A stretch of DNA of 64,000 bases from an uncultured Candidatus Rokubacteria bacterium. GTDB taxonomy: Bacteria > Methylomirabilota > Methylomirabilia > Rokubacteriales > DASRDR01. The DNA is taken from positions 96,001 to 160,000 of the forward strand of contig CAVPSB010000012.1 in the NCBI GenBank assembly GCA_963708025.1. The letters are read 5' to 3'. The notes beneath the pieces are model-generated. The model was not told the DNA's origin. It was given only the letters and a program-made list of their open reading frames with translations, and did no database searches. Shown here piece after piece: positions 9,654-18,625 of the stretch. The stretch's first letter is position 1. Each line of letters begins with the position of its first letter. Made by a program: the position numbers and the translations under genes.

Positions 9654-10405
9654 AGCTCGAGGTCGACTCGGTCTCGAAGGGATACCAGATCCCGGTCCTG
9701 GACGCCGTCAGCTTCCAGGCGGCGGAGGGGGAGTTCGTCTGTCTCCTGGGCCCCAATGGCTGCGGCAAGACCACCCTGCTGCGGATCATCGGAGGACTGG
9801 AGCCGCCGACCGCCGGCGAGGTGCGGCTGGACGGCCGGCCGGTACGCTATGCTGGCCGGGCCGAGTTCCATGTGGGGGTCGTCTTCCAGGAGGACCGGCT
9901 GCTGCCGTGGACGACGCTCGAGGACAACGTCGCGCTCGTGTTGAAGCCCCTCGGTCGCGATGCCGCCGCCCGGCGGGAGACGGCCCGGCGATACCTGCGC
10001 TTCGTGGGGCTCCAGGGCTTCGAGGGCTATTACCCGAACCGGGTCTCGGGCGGTATGCGCCAGCGGGCCGCCATCGCCCGGGCCCTGGCCATCGAGCCCG
10101 ACGTCCTCCTGATGGACGAGCCGTTCGGGGCGCTGGACGCCCAGAATCGCCGGATCATGCAGGCCGAGGTCCGGCGCATCTGGGCGGAGACCGGCAAGAC
10201 CATCGTCTTCGTCACCCACTCGATCGAGGAGGCCGTCGCGATCGGGACGACCCTGGTCATGCTGTCGGCCCGGCCGGCCCGGGTGAGGGAGCTGATCCGG
10301 ATCGAGCAGGACGGGGCGACCCGCCAGGCCCACGCGCTGGTCGACCACCTGAACCAGGTGATCATGGAGGAAGTGATCCGCCAGCAGGGAGAGGCCTCGG
10401 GTTGA
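9650..10405 (+). CDS. NitT/TauT-type ABC transporter ATP-binding protein
   Basis: Walker A GPNGCGKT, signature VSGGMRQR, Walker B LLMDEPFGALD, VTHS. Confidence 0.92.
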   Translation: MKLEVDSVSKGYQIPVLDAVSFQAAEGEFVCLLGPNGCGKTTLLRIIGGLEPPTAGEVRLDGRPVRYAGRAEFHVGVVFQEDRLLPWTTLEDNVALVLKPLGRDAAARRETARRYLRFVGLQGFEGYYPNRVSGGMRQRAAIARALAIEPDVLLMDEPFGALDAQNRRIMQAEVRRIWAETGKTIVFVTHSIEEAVAIGTTLVMLSARPARVRELIRIEQDGATRQAHALVDHLNQVIMEEVIRQQGEASG

Positions 10406-10548
10406 TCAAGAAGACGGCCAAGGGCTACGTGCTCTACTCGAAGGACGGCTCCCAGAAGCTCGGCGGGCCGTACCGGACGCGGGAAGAGGCGCTTCGCCGC
10501 GAACGGCAGGTCCAGTTCTTCAAGCACTCGAAGAAGCGGGCGGGCTGA
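10402..10548 (+). CDS. Small basic hypothetical protein (48 aa)
   Basis: TTGA overlap with ATPase stop, upstream GGAGAGG, genome-typical codons; MIKKTAKGYVLYSKDGSQKLGGPYRTREEALRRERQVQFFKH. Confidence 0.7.
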   Translation: MIKKTAKGYVLYSKDGSQKLGGPYRTREEALRRERQVQFFKHSKKRAG

Positions 10549-10564
10549 CCCCGGGGAGGCGACG

Positions 10565-11632
10565 ATGATCAAGCCGTACATGGCGGTGGGCCTGGTGCCC
10601 ACGGTGCGCGGGATCCGGAAGCGGAGCGACATCAAGATCAACCTCGAGCACCTCACCCACCTGGTGAAGGCGGCCGCGTGGCTGTCGAGTCTCTCCATCC
10701 CGGTCCGGCTCATCGCGTTCCCCGAGGGGGCCCTCCAGGCCTTCAACGACGAGGTGCTCGATCTCGACCACGTGAAGTTCGCCCGGGAGTGCGCCATCGA
10801 CATCCCGGGCGAGGAGACGGAGGCGCTCGGAAAGATCGCCCGCGAGTACAACGTCTTCGTCATGGCCCAGGCCAAGGCCCGGCACCCCGACCTCAAGGAC
10901 CGCTATTTCAACGTTGGCTTCATCCTCAACCCACGCGGCAAGCTGATCCTCCAGCACTACAAGGTCTCGCCGCTGTTCCCGGTCGAGCACTCCGTCTGTC
11001 CCCACGACGTCTACGACTGGTGGGTCGAGAAGTACGGCCGGACGCTGGACGCGTTCTGGCCGGTGGTGGACACCGAGATCGGACGCCTGGGCATCATGAT
11101 GGCAAACGAGGGATCGTACCCCGAGAACGCCCGCGCCCTGGCGCTCAACGGAGCCGAGGTGGTCTACCGGGCCTCGTACCCGCACCCGGCCACGGGCAAC
11201 GAGTACTTCGAGATCCAGAGCCGGGCCCGGGCGCTCGACAACAACATGTACCTGGTGGCCCCCAACATGGGGACCTACTACCTCTTTCCGGAGGAGACCA
11301 CCCCGATCGACACCTTCGGCGGGCGGTCCTTCATCATCGACTACAGGGGACGGATCGTGGGCCGCCAGGACTACGGGGCCGGCTCGACCTACGTGGCGGG
11401 GCCGATCGACATCGAGGCCCTGCGCCACCATCGCGCCTCCGCCCAGTGGGACAACTGGCTGAAGGACGTCCGGACCGAGCTCTACCAGCTCCTCTACGAG
11501 CGGCCCATCTACCCGAAGAACCTCTACCTGAAGCGGGAGCCGATGAAGCACGCCGAGTACCGGCAGAAGGTCATCAAGCGCCAGATCAAGCTCCTCCAGG
11601 ATCGCGGCATATGGAAGAAGCCCGGCGAGTGA
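10565..11632 (+). CDS. Nitrilase/carbon-nitrogen hydrolase fold protein, catalytic Cys position is Ala
   Basis: AFPE (Glu), HYK (Lys), DTEIGRLGIMMANEGSYPENARALALNGAE, RARALDN, GGRSFIIDYRG. Confidence 0.85.
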   Translation: MIKPYMAVGLVPTVRGIRKRSDIKINLEHLTHLVKAAAWLSSLSIPVRLIAFPEGALQAFNDEVLDLDHVKFARECAIDIPGEETEALGKIAREYNVFVMAQAKARHPDLKDRYFNVGFILNPRGKLILQHYKVSPLFPVEHSVCPHDVYDWWVEKYGRTLDAFWPVVDTEIGRLGIMMANEGSYPENARALALNGAEVVYRASYPHPATGNEYFEIQSRARALDNNMYLVAPNMGTYYLFPEETTPIDTFGGRSFIIDYRGRIVGRQDYGAGSTYVAGPIDIEALRHHRASAQWDNWLKDVRTELYQLLYERPIYPKNLYLKREPMKHAEYRQKVIKRQIKLLQDRGIWKKPGE

Positions 11633-12129
11633 GCCGCCGCCGGCCCGCCGCCCTCGTCCTGGTCCTCTGGCTGGCCGCCGCCGGCTGCGGGCTCGCCCGG
11701 CCGGCGCCGCTCGACGTGCCGCCCGGCCAGCGGGTGGTGGTGGGGCGGGTCGACCTCAACGCGACCGACATCCCGGAAGGGTTCATCGAGATGGCCCGGG
11801 ACGACGGGACCTTCGACTACCCGCTGGCCATCTCCCGGGGCACGTCCGACTTCGCCATCATGCTGCCCCCGGGCCGGTACCGCGTCACGCGCCTGCGCGG
11901 CGGCAAGGACGGATCGACGATGTCCAATCAGATGGTCTGGGACGTGAGCCCGGTGACCTTCGAGGTGGGGGCGGAGCCGGCGGTCTACATCGGCACCCTG
12001 CGCTTCCGCCTCTCCGTCGGGCGGTTCCGCGTCCAGGTGCTGGACGAGCTCGACGACACCCTGCGGATCGTCCGGCGCTGGCACCCGGACCTGCCGGTCG
12101 TGGTCCGGGGCCTGGCCTCGGCGACCTGA
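11629..12129 (+). CDS. Hypothetical lipoprotein
   Basis: GTGA overlap; basic then hydrophobic signal peptide ending AAGC; LPPGRY, VYIGTL beta-rich domain. Confidence 0.7.
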   Translation: MSRRRPAALVLVLWLAAAGCGLARPAPLDVPPGQRVVVGRVDLNATDIPEGFIEMARDDGTFDYPLAISRGTSDFAIMLPPGRYRVTRLRGGKDGSTMSNQMVWDVSPVTFEVGAEPAVYIGTLRFRLSVGRFRVQVLDELDDTLRIVRRWHPDLPVVVRGLASAT

Positions 12130-12136
12130 GCCTGCC

Positions 12137-13570
12137 GTGGCCATCACGCCCAGCGCGTCCTACAGCATCACGGTGCGGGTCGAGATCCGGAACCGGCCGG
12201 GCATGCTGGGGCGGGTCACCTCGGCCATCGGCGAGGCCGGGGGCGACATCGGCGCGGTGGACATCGTCGAGCTGCTCAAGGATCGCGTCGTCCGTGACCT
12301 GACGATCAATGCCCGGGACGACCGGCACGGCCAGGAGATCGTGGCGGCCCTCCGCCGGCTGGACAGCGTGCGCATCGTCAACGTCTCCGACCGCACCTTC
12401 CTCGTGCACCTCGGCGGCAAGATCGGGATCCACAACAAGGTGCCGGTCAAGACCCGCGACGATCTGTCGATGGCCTACACGCCGGGGGTGGCCCGGGTGT
12501 GCCTGGCCATCCGGGACGATCGGGAGAAGGTCTTCACGCTCACCATCAAGCAGAACGCGGTGGCGGTCGTGACCGATGGCACCGCCGTGCTCGGGCTCGG
12601 CGACATCGGGCCGGAGGCGGCGTTGCCGGTCATGGAGGGCAAGGCCATGCTGTTCAAGGAGTTCGCCGACGTCGACGCCTTTCCGATCTGCCTGGCCACC
12701 ACCGACGTGGACAAGATCGTCGAGACGGTCAAGCTCATCTCGCCCGTCTTCGGCGGGATCAACCTGGAGGACATCTCGGCCCCGCGCTGCTTCGAGGTGG
12801 AGGAGCGCCTTCGGGCGGAGCTGGACATCCCGGTCTTCCACGACGATCAGCACGGCACCGCGGTGGTCGTCCTGGCCGCGCTCCTCAACGCCCTGCGCAT
12901 CGTGGGCAAGGAGCCGCCGGGGATCAGCGCCGTGGTGTGCGGGGTGGGCGCGGCCGGGACGGCGACCATCAAGATCCTGCAGGCGGTCGGCGTGACCCGC
13001 ATCCTGGCCGTCGACGAGCACGGCATCCTGGCGCCGGGGCGGGCGGCGCCGATGGATCCGATCAAGGCCTGGGTGGCCCGCGAGACCAACGCCGCCGACC
13101 GGCGGGGCACGCTGGGGGAGGCGCTGGAGGGCGCCGACGTCTTCATCGGCGTCTCGGCCCCCGGCGTGCTCAAGGCGCGGGACGTCCAGGCCATGGCCCG
13201 GGACCCGATCGTCTTCGCCATGGCCAACCCGGTGCCCGAGATCATGCCCGAGGAGGCCGCCCCCCACGTGCGCGTGATGGCCACCGGTCGCTCCGACTAT
13301 CCCAACCAGATCAACAACGTGCTGTGCTTCCCCGGCTTCTTCCGCGGCCTGCTCGACTGCCGGGCCAGCCAGGTCACCGACGAGATGAAGATCGCGGCGG
13401 CCCAGGCGATCGCCTCCATCGTGAGCCGGCACGAGCTGCACGAGGAGTACATCATTCCCAGCGTGTTCAACCATAAGGTGGCGCCGACCGTGGCCCGCGA
13501 GGTGGTCAAGGCCGCCAACAAGGCAGGCGTCGCGCGACGCAAGCGCCGACCGGCCCGCCGGGCCTGGTAG
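12137..13570 (+). CDS. NAD(P)-dependent malic enzyme with N-terminal ACT domain
   Basis: NRPGMLG (ACT), AYTPGVA, VTDGTAVLGLGDIG, INLEDISAP, FHDDQHGT, ATGRSDYPNQINN. Confidence 0.92.
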   Translation: MAITPSASYSITVRVEIRNRPGMLGRVTSAIGEAGGDIGAVDIVELLKDRVVRDLTINARDDRHGQEIVAALRRLDSVRIVNVSDRTFLVHLGGKIGIHNKVPVKTRDDLSMAYTPGVARVCLAIRDDREKVFTLTIKQNAVAVVTDGTAVLGLGDIGPEAALPVMEGKAMLFKEFADVDAFPICLATTDVDKIVETVKLISPVFGGINLEDISAPRCFEVEERLRAELDIPVFHDDQHGTAVVVLAALLNALRIVGKEPPGISAVVCGVGAAGTATIKILQAVGVTRILAVDEHGILAPGRAAPMDPIKAWVARETNAADRRGTLGEALEGADVFIGVSAPGVLKARDVQAMARDPIVFAMANPVPEIMPEEAAPHVRVMATGRSDYPNQINNVLCFPGFFRGLLDCRASQVTDEMKIAAAQAIASIVSRHELHEEYIIPSVFNHKVAPTVAREVVKAANKAGVARRKRRPARRAW

Positions 13571-13578
13571 GGAGAGTC

Positions 13579-14772
13579 ATGTCCGACGCGTTCGCCGAGG
13601 TCGCCCGCCGGGTGGACGAGATCAAGCCGTTCCTCGCGGTCGAGGTCTTCGAGCGCGCGGAGGAGCTCGAGCGGCAGGGGCACGACGTGGTCCACCTCGA
13701 GTTCGGGGAGCCGGACTTCGACACGCCGGCCGTGATCCGGGAGGCGGCCATCCGCGCGATCCGGGACGGCCGCACCAAATACACCCACAGCCTGGGGATC
13801 CTGCCCCTCCGCGAGGCGATCGCCGAGCACTACCTCGCCACCTACGGCGTCGCCGTCTCCCCCGACCAGGTGCTGGTGACCGCCGGCACCTCGCCGGCGA
13901 TGCTGCTGCTGTTCGGGGCGCTACTGGCCGCCGGGGACGAGGTGGTCCTGACCGATCCCCATTACGCCTGCTACCCGAACTTCGTCCGCTACGCCGAGGG
14001 GGTGGCCGTCTACGTCCCGACCACCGAGGCCGAGGGCTGGGTCGTTGACCCCGAGTCGGTCCGATCGCGGCTCGGCCCGCGCACCCGGGCCATCATGGTG
14101 AACTCCCCGGCCAACCCGACCGGCGCCACCCTGTCCTCCGAGCGCCTGGCCGCGCTGGCCGAGCTGGTCGAGCAGGCGCCGGCCGGGGCCTGGCTCGTCT
14201 CCGACGAGATCTACCACGGGCTCGGCTACGAGGGGCCGGATCACACCGCGCTCGAGTTCACCGACCGCGCCTTCGTGCTGAACGGCTTCTCCAAGGCTTA
14301 TGCGATGACCGGCTGGCGGCTCGGGTACCTGATCGCCCCCAAGGCGTACATCCGGACCTTGCAGAAGCTCCACCAGAACTTCTTCATCTCCTCGCAGGAG
14401 GTCTCGCAGTGGGCCGGCGTGGCGGCCTTGCGGGCCGCAGGTGACGAGGTCGTACGGTTCCGGCGGATCTTCGCTGAGCGGCGGCGGGCCATGGTGGACG
14501 GCCTACGGGCGGTGGGCCTCGGCGTCGGCCCGGAGCCGACCGGGGCCTTTTACGTCCTGGCCGACGCGCGCCGGTATGCCGCCCGATCCTACGATTTCGC
14601 GTTCGAGATCCTGACCGGCGCCCACGTGGCGGTGACGCCCGGGATCGACTTCGGCGCCGCTGCCGAGGGCTACCTCCGCGTCTCGTACGCCAGCGGACTC
14701 GAGCGGATCGGGGAGGCGATGCGACGGCTGGACGCGTTCCTCCGGGAGCGCGGACCGAAGCGAGACGTATGA
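13579..14772 (+). CDS. Class I/II PLP-dependent aminotransferase
   Basis: GEPDF, NSPANPTG, SDEIY, NGFSKAYAMTGWRLG. Confidence 0.92.
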   Translation: MSDAFAEVARRVDEIKPFLAVEVFERAEELERQGHDVVHLEFGEPDFDTPAVIREAAIRAIRDGRTKYTHSLGILPLREAIAEHYLATYGVAVSPDQVLVTAGTSPAMLLLFGALLAAGDEVVLTDPHYACYPNFVRYAEGVAVYVPTTEAEGWVVDPESVRSRLGPRTRAIMVNSPANPTGATLSSERLAALAELVEQAPAGAWLVSDEIYHGLGYEGPDHTALEFTDRAFVLNGFSKAYAMTGWRLGYLIAPKAYIRTLQKLHQNFFISSQEVSQWAGVAALRAAGDEVVRFRRIFAERRRAMVDGLRAVGLGVGPEPTGAFYVLADARRYAARSYDFAFEILTGAHVAVTPGIDFGAAAEGYLRVSYASGLERIGEAMRRLDAFLRERGPKRDV

Positions 14773-14928
14773 AGCGCACGGTTCGTCCGGCGGCCCCGGT
14801 GGGCGGGAGATCCCGATGCGAGCCGGAGGGGACCGGGCGGATCCGGACACTCTTCCTCGTCCCGGCCGGGTGCGCGATCCCGAGTCCTGGTGTAGTGTCG
14901 GGCGAGCGGTCGGGGCATACCGGGACCA

Positions 14929-15165
14929 CATCCCGGGGCCCGTCTCCTGATCGAGGGGCACGCGGACGAGCGGGGCACCACAGTCCACAACCGGGACCTG
15001 GCCGAGCGGCGCGCCCGGGCGACGCGTGACGTCCTCGTCACCCGGGGGATCGCAGCTCCCCGTATCACCATCATGGCCTACGGCGAGGTGCGTTCCGTCT
15101 GCGCCGAGCGCAGTGATGCCTGCTGGGCCAGGAACCGCCGAGCCCGTTTCCTCGTGAAGGCCCAG
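14929..15165 (+). pseudogene. OmpA/Pal peptidoglycan-binding domain remnant
   Basis: LIEGHADERGT..N.DLAERRA..GI...RI...AYGE..C..CWARNRRA; in-frame TAG at 14893 upstream, no start codon, normal stop missing. Confidence 0.75.
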
Positions 15166-15193
15166 CGGCGGCGGACGAGCCCAGCGCGGGGAG

Positions 15194-16036
15194 GTGGCGC
15201 GCATGCCTCAGCGGTCGGCATCCCGGTGTCGAGCCCGTTGGATCGCGTTGGGCTGCGGCGGCACCCTGATGCTCGCCGTGGCATGTGCGACGACCACCGA
15301 AAAGGGCGCGGTAGGGATCGAGCGGCGTCAGCTGCTCCTGGTGTCGTCGGAAGAGATGAACCAGGGCGCCGCCCTCGCCTATCAGAAGATGCTGGGCCAG
15401 GCGCGTGGCAAGGGAGCGGTCAATCGCGATCCGGAGCAGGTGGCGCGGGTCCGGGCCATCGCCGCCCGCATCATTCCCCAGACGGGGGTGTTCCGGAAGG
15501 ATGCGCCCGGGTGGGAGTGGGAGGTCAACGTGATCTCGTCGCCGGAGGTGAACGCCTGGTGCATGCCGGGCGGCAAGATCGCGTTCTACACCGGCATCCT
15601 GGACAAGCTGAAGCTCACCGACGACGAGGTCGCCGCGATCATGGGTCACGAGATCGCGCACGCCCTGCGCGAGCACGGCCGCGAGCGCGCGTCCCAGCAG
15701 CTCGCCCAGAACACGGTGATCGGGCTCGGCGCGGCCATCCTCGGGATCGGTGGGGTGGCCGACCTCGCGAGCCTCGTCGCCGACGTGACGCTGGGTCTGC
15801 CGAACTCGCGAGGGCAGGAGACCGAGGCCGACCGCATCGGCGTGGAGCTGGCCGCCCGGGCGGGGTACGATCCGAGGGCGGCCGTCACGCTCTGGCGGAA
15901 GATGAGCGCCATTGGTGAGGGACAGTCGCCCCAGTGGCTCTCGACGCACCCGTCCCACGAGACCCGGATCCGGGACCTCGAAGCCTACGCGCAACGGGTG
16001 ATGCCGCTCTACGAGGAGGCGCGAGGGAAGCGCTAG
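15194..16036 (+). CDS. M48 family metallopeptidase lipoprotein
   Basis: Lipobox AVAC; NAWCMPGGK, GHEIAHA (HExxH), ETEADRIG, WLSTHP. Confidence 0.9.
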   Translation: MARMPQRSASRCRARWIALGCGGTLMLAVACATTTEKGAVGIERRQLLLVSSEEMNQGAALAYQKMLGQARGKGAVNRDPEQVARVRAIAARIIPQTGVFRKDAPGWEWEVNVISSPEVNAWCMPGGKIAFYTGILDKLKLTDDEVAAIMGHEIAHALREHGRERASQQLAQNTVIGLGAAILGIGGVADLASLVADVTLGLPNSRGQETEADRIGVELAARAGYDPRAAVTLWRKMSAIGEGQSPQWLSTHPSHETRIRDLEAYAQRVMPLYEEARGKR

Positions 16037-16127
16037 CCGGCCGCGCGGGCGGAGCATCTCGGGGCCGCTGGCGACCTCCGTGCCGCGACGGACGATCACG
16101 CCACCACACGACGGGGAGGGAGAGGCC

Positions 16128-16850
16128 ATGACCAACGGAGCGGGCTCGGACATCGTCGCGGATTTCCGGCTGGGTTTCGACCTGCTGAAGCGTTACCCGG
16201 TCATGGTGGCGCCGCCCCTCATCGCGATGGTGGTCGTCTTCCTCCTGATGTTCCTCCTCGGCGGCGGCGTGTTCGCCATGTTTGCGGTCGGCGGGCTCAC
16301 CGGCGGCGGGCCGGGAATGGCCGGGGCGATGGCGGGTGGCATTCTCCTCGGGCTCGTGTTCTTCGCCCTGGCCATGCTGATCAACCTGGTCTCCCATGCG
16401 GTGGTGGTCGTGATGGCCCGTGACGCCCTGGCCGGTCGGGAGCCTTCGATGGGGGACGCCTTCAACGCCGTCACCGCCCGGCTGAGCGACGTGGTGGTCG
16501 CCTCGGTGCTCTTCGCCGTCATCGTCGGCGTCCTCTCGCTCTTCCTCTTCATCCCGGGGCTCATCGCGGGGTTCTTCCTCATGTTCACGCTCCCGGCCGT
16601 CGTGCTCGATCGCTTCGGGGCCGTTGACGCCATCAAGCGCAGCGCGATCCTGGTCAAGGACAACCTGGGCCCCTGCCTGGGGCTCGTCATCGGCGCCATC
16701 GTTGCTGCCGTGATCATGGCCATCGTCTCGGCGATCCTCCACGTGGTGCCCCTGATCGGTCAGCTCGCGTCGGCGCTGTTGGCCGGGGCCTTCGTCGCCT
16801 ACCTGACGATCGTCGGGGTCCGGGTCTACCTGACCCTGCCCCGGCGCTGA
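16128..16850 (+). CDS. Multi-pass membrane protein
   Basis: ATG after GGAGAGG; about 6 hydrophobic segments, LFIPGLI, AIKRS..LVKDN. Confidence 0.75.
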   Translation: MTNGAGSDIVADFRLGFDLLKRYPVMVAPPLIAMVVVFLLMFLLGGGVFAMFAVGGLTGGGPGMAGAMAGGILLGLVFFALAMLINLVSHAVVVVMARDALAGREPSMGDAFNAVTARLSDVVVASVLFAVIVGVLSLFLFIPGLIAGFFLMFTLPAVVLDRFGAVDAIKRSAILVKDNLGPCLGLVIGAIVAAVIMAIVSAILHVVPLIGQLASALLAGAFVAYLTIVGVRVYLTLPRR

Positions 16851-16867
16851 CGGCGGCCCCGCCCGGC

Positions 16868-17567
16868 ATGCCCGAGAGCGCCGCCGCCCAGCGCGTGCGG
16901 GCCCGCGCGATCATGGCCCGGCTGGAGAGGGCTTACCCCGACGCCACCATCGCGCTCCGGTTCGACACGCCGCTCCAGCTCCTGGTGGCGACGATCCTGG
17001 CTGCCCAGTGCACCGACGAGCGGGTCAACCAGGTCACGCCGGGCCTGTTCGCCACCTACCGCACGGCGGCCGACTTCGCGGGGGCGAGTCCGGCGACCCT
17101 CGAGGGCGAGGTCCGGTTCGACGGGGTTCTTCCGGGCCAAGACCCGGGCGATCATCGGGATGGCACAGGCCCTGGTCGAGCGCCACGGCGGTGAGGTGCC
17201 ACGGACGATGGAAGCGCTGACGGCGCTCCCCGGCGTCGGGCGCAAGACGGCCAACGTGGTGCTCGGCAACGCCTTCGGCGTCCCGGGGATCGCGGTCGAT
17301 ACCCACGTGTTCCGGGTATCCCAGCGGCTCGGCCTGGCCAAGGCCGACGACCCCGACCGGGTCGAGTCCCAGCTGGCCGAGGTGGTCCCCCGCCCCCGCT
17401 GGACCCGCTTCTGTCACCTGCTCCAGGCTCACGGCCGCCGGGTCTGCCTGGCCCGGAATCCGGCGTGCCCGACCTGCCCGCTCCGGGCCCTCTGCCCCTG
17501 GCCGGGCAAGACCGCCGCCCGATCCCCGGCCGCCGGCCGGCGGCCGGCGCGGACCCGTCGGGGTTGA
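16868..17567 (+). CDS. nth: Endonuclease III (probable +1 frameshift near 17117)
   Basis: LLVATILAAQCTDERVN in one frame; LPGVGRKTANVV, VDTHV and C-x6-C-x2-C-x5-C in the next; deleting one T restores VRSTGFFRAK. Confidence 0.88.
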
Positions 17568-17592
17568 CACGATTTCCGACGTCGGCTATCGT
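17564..17592 (+). promoter_or_regulatory. Sigma70-type promoter of rplM-rpsI
   Basis: TTGACA-17 nt-TATCGT. Confidence 0.75.
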
Positions 17593-17696
17593 ATCGTGTT
17601 GCCTGAAAGCCGCCGGACTGACGGACAAAAAGAGGTGGGCCGACCCCCTCTTCCGGCCCGCGGAAAATTTCCTGGCGATCGGAGACAGGGTTCGAC

Positions 17697-18158
17697 ATGT
17701 CCACGCCCATGCCGAAGAAAGGCAGTGTCACCCGCAAGTGGTACGTCCTCGACGCCGACGGGAAGGTCCTCGGTCGGCTCGCCGCGCGGGTGGCCTCGCT
17801 CCTCATCGGAAAGCACAAGCCGATCTACGCGCCCCACGTTGACGTGGGCGATCACGTCGTGGTGATCAATGCGGCCAAGGTGCACCTCACCGGCCAGAAG
17901 CGCACCGACAAGGTCTACCGCCGGCACTCGGGGTACATCGGGGGCCTCCGCGAGGTCACGGCCGACACCATGCTCAAGACGCATCCGGAGCGGGTGGTCG
18001 AGTGGGCGGTGAGCGGGATGCTGCCGAAGACCAAGCTGGGGCGGGCCATGGCGAAGAAGCTCAAGGTCTATGGCGGGAGCGACCATCCGCACGCCGCCCA
18101 GCGTCCGGAAGCCCTCGAGTTCACCCGGACCCCGGCCAAGAGATCGAAGGAGTCGTGA
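17697..18158 (+). CDS. rplM: 50S ribosomal protein L13
   Basis: WYVLDA..LGRLA, GKHKP, GMLPK..LGR, LKVY. Confidence 0.97.
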   Translation: MSTPMPKKGSVTRKWYVLDADGKVLGRLAARVASLLIGKHKPIYAPHVDVGDHVVVINAAKVHLTGQKRTDKVYRRHSGYIGGLREVTADTMLKTHPERVVEWAVSGMLPKTKLGRAMAKKLKVYGGSDHPHAAQRPEALEFTRTPAKRSKES

Positions 18159-18553
18159 TGGCGGAGCTGCAGCGGTTCTACGGTACCGGCCGGCGGAAGA
18201 CCTCGGTGGCGCGCGTCTTCCTCCTGCCCGGTCAGGGACAGGTCACCATCAACAAGCGGACGTTCGAGGACTACTTCCCGCGGGAAGCCTTGCGGCTCAT
18301 GGTCGCCCAGCCGCTGGAGCTGACCGGGACGTCCGCGCAGCTCGACGTCCGGGTGAACGTCGCCGGCGGGGGACTCTCGGGCCAGGCCGGTGCCGTGCGG
18401 CACGGGATCGCGCGGGCGCTCCTCGAGTTCGACGGGAACCTCAGGCCCCAGCTCAAGAGGGCCGGGTTCCTGACCCGGGACCCCCGGATGAAGGAGCGAA
18501 AGAAGTACGGACAGCCGGGCGCGCGCAAGCGCTTCCAGTTCTCCAAGCGGTAG
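18158..18553 (+). CDS. rpsI: 30S ribosomal protein S9
   Basis: [41 protein letters not shown]. Confidence 0.97.
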   Translation: MAELQRFYGTGRRKTSVARVFLLPGQGQVTINKRTFEDYFPREALRLMVAQPLELTGTSAQLDVRVNVAGGGLSGQAGAVRHGIARALLEFDGNLRPQLKRAGFLTRDPRMKERKKYGQPGARKRFQFSKR

Positions 18554-18577
18554 CCGAGATCCGATCCGGAGGCGACG

Positions 18578-18610
18578 GGGGAAGGTCGACGCGACCTTCC
18601 CCATTTTTGT
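18578..18610 (+). terminator. Intrinsic terminator after rpsI
   Basis: 11-bp stem ggggaaggtcg/cgaccttcccc followed by ATTTTTGT. Confidence 0.8.
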
Positions 18611-18625
18611 ATGCGAGGTGGCGAG

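Noticed and set aside
17100-17130. Programmed frameshift in nth
   Set aside because: No slippery sequence, and similar isolated indels occur in unrelated genes, favouring sequencing error.
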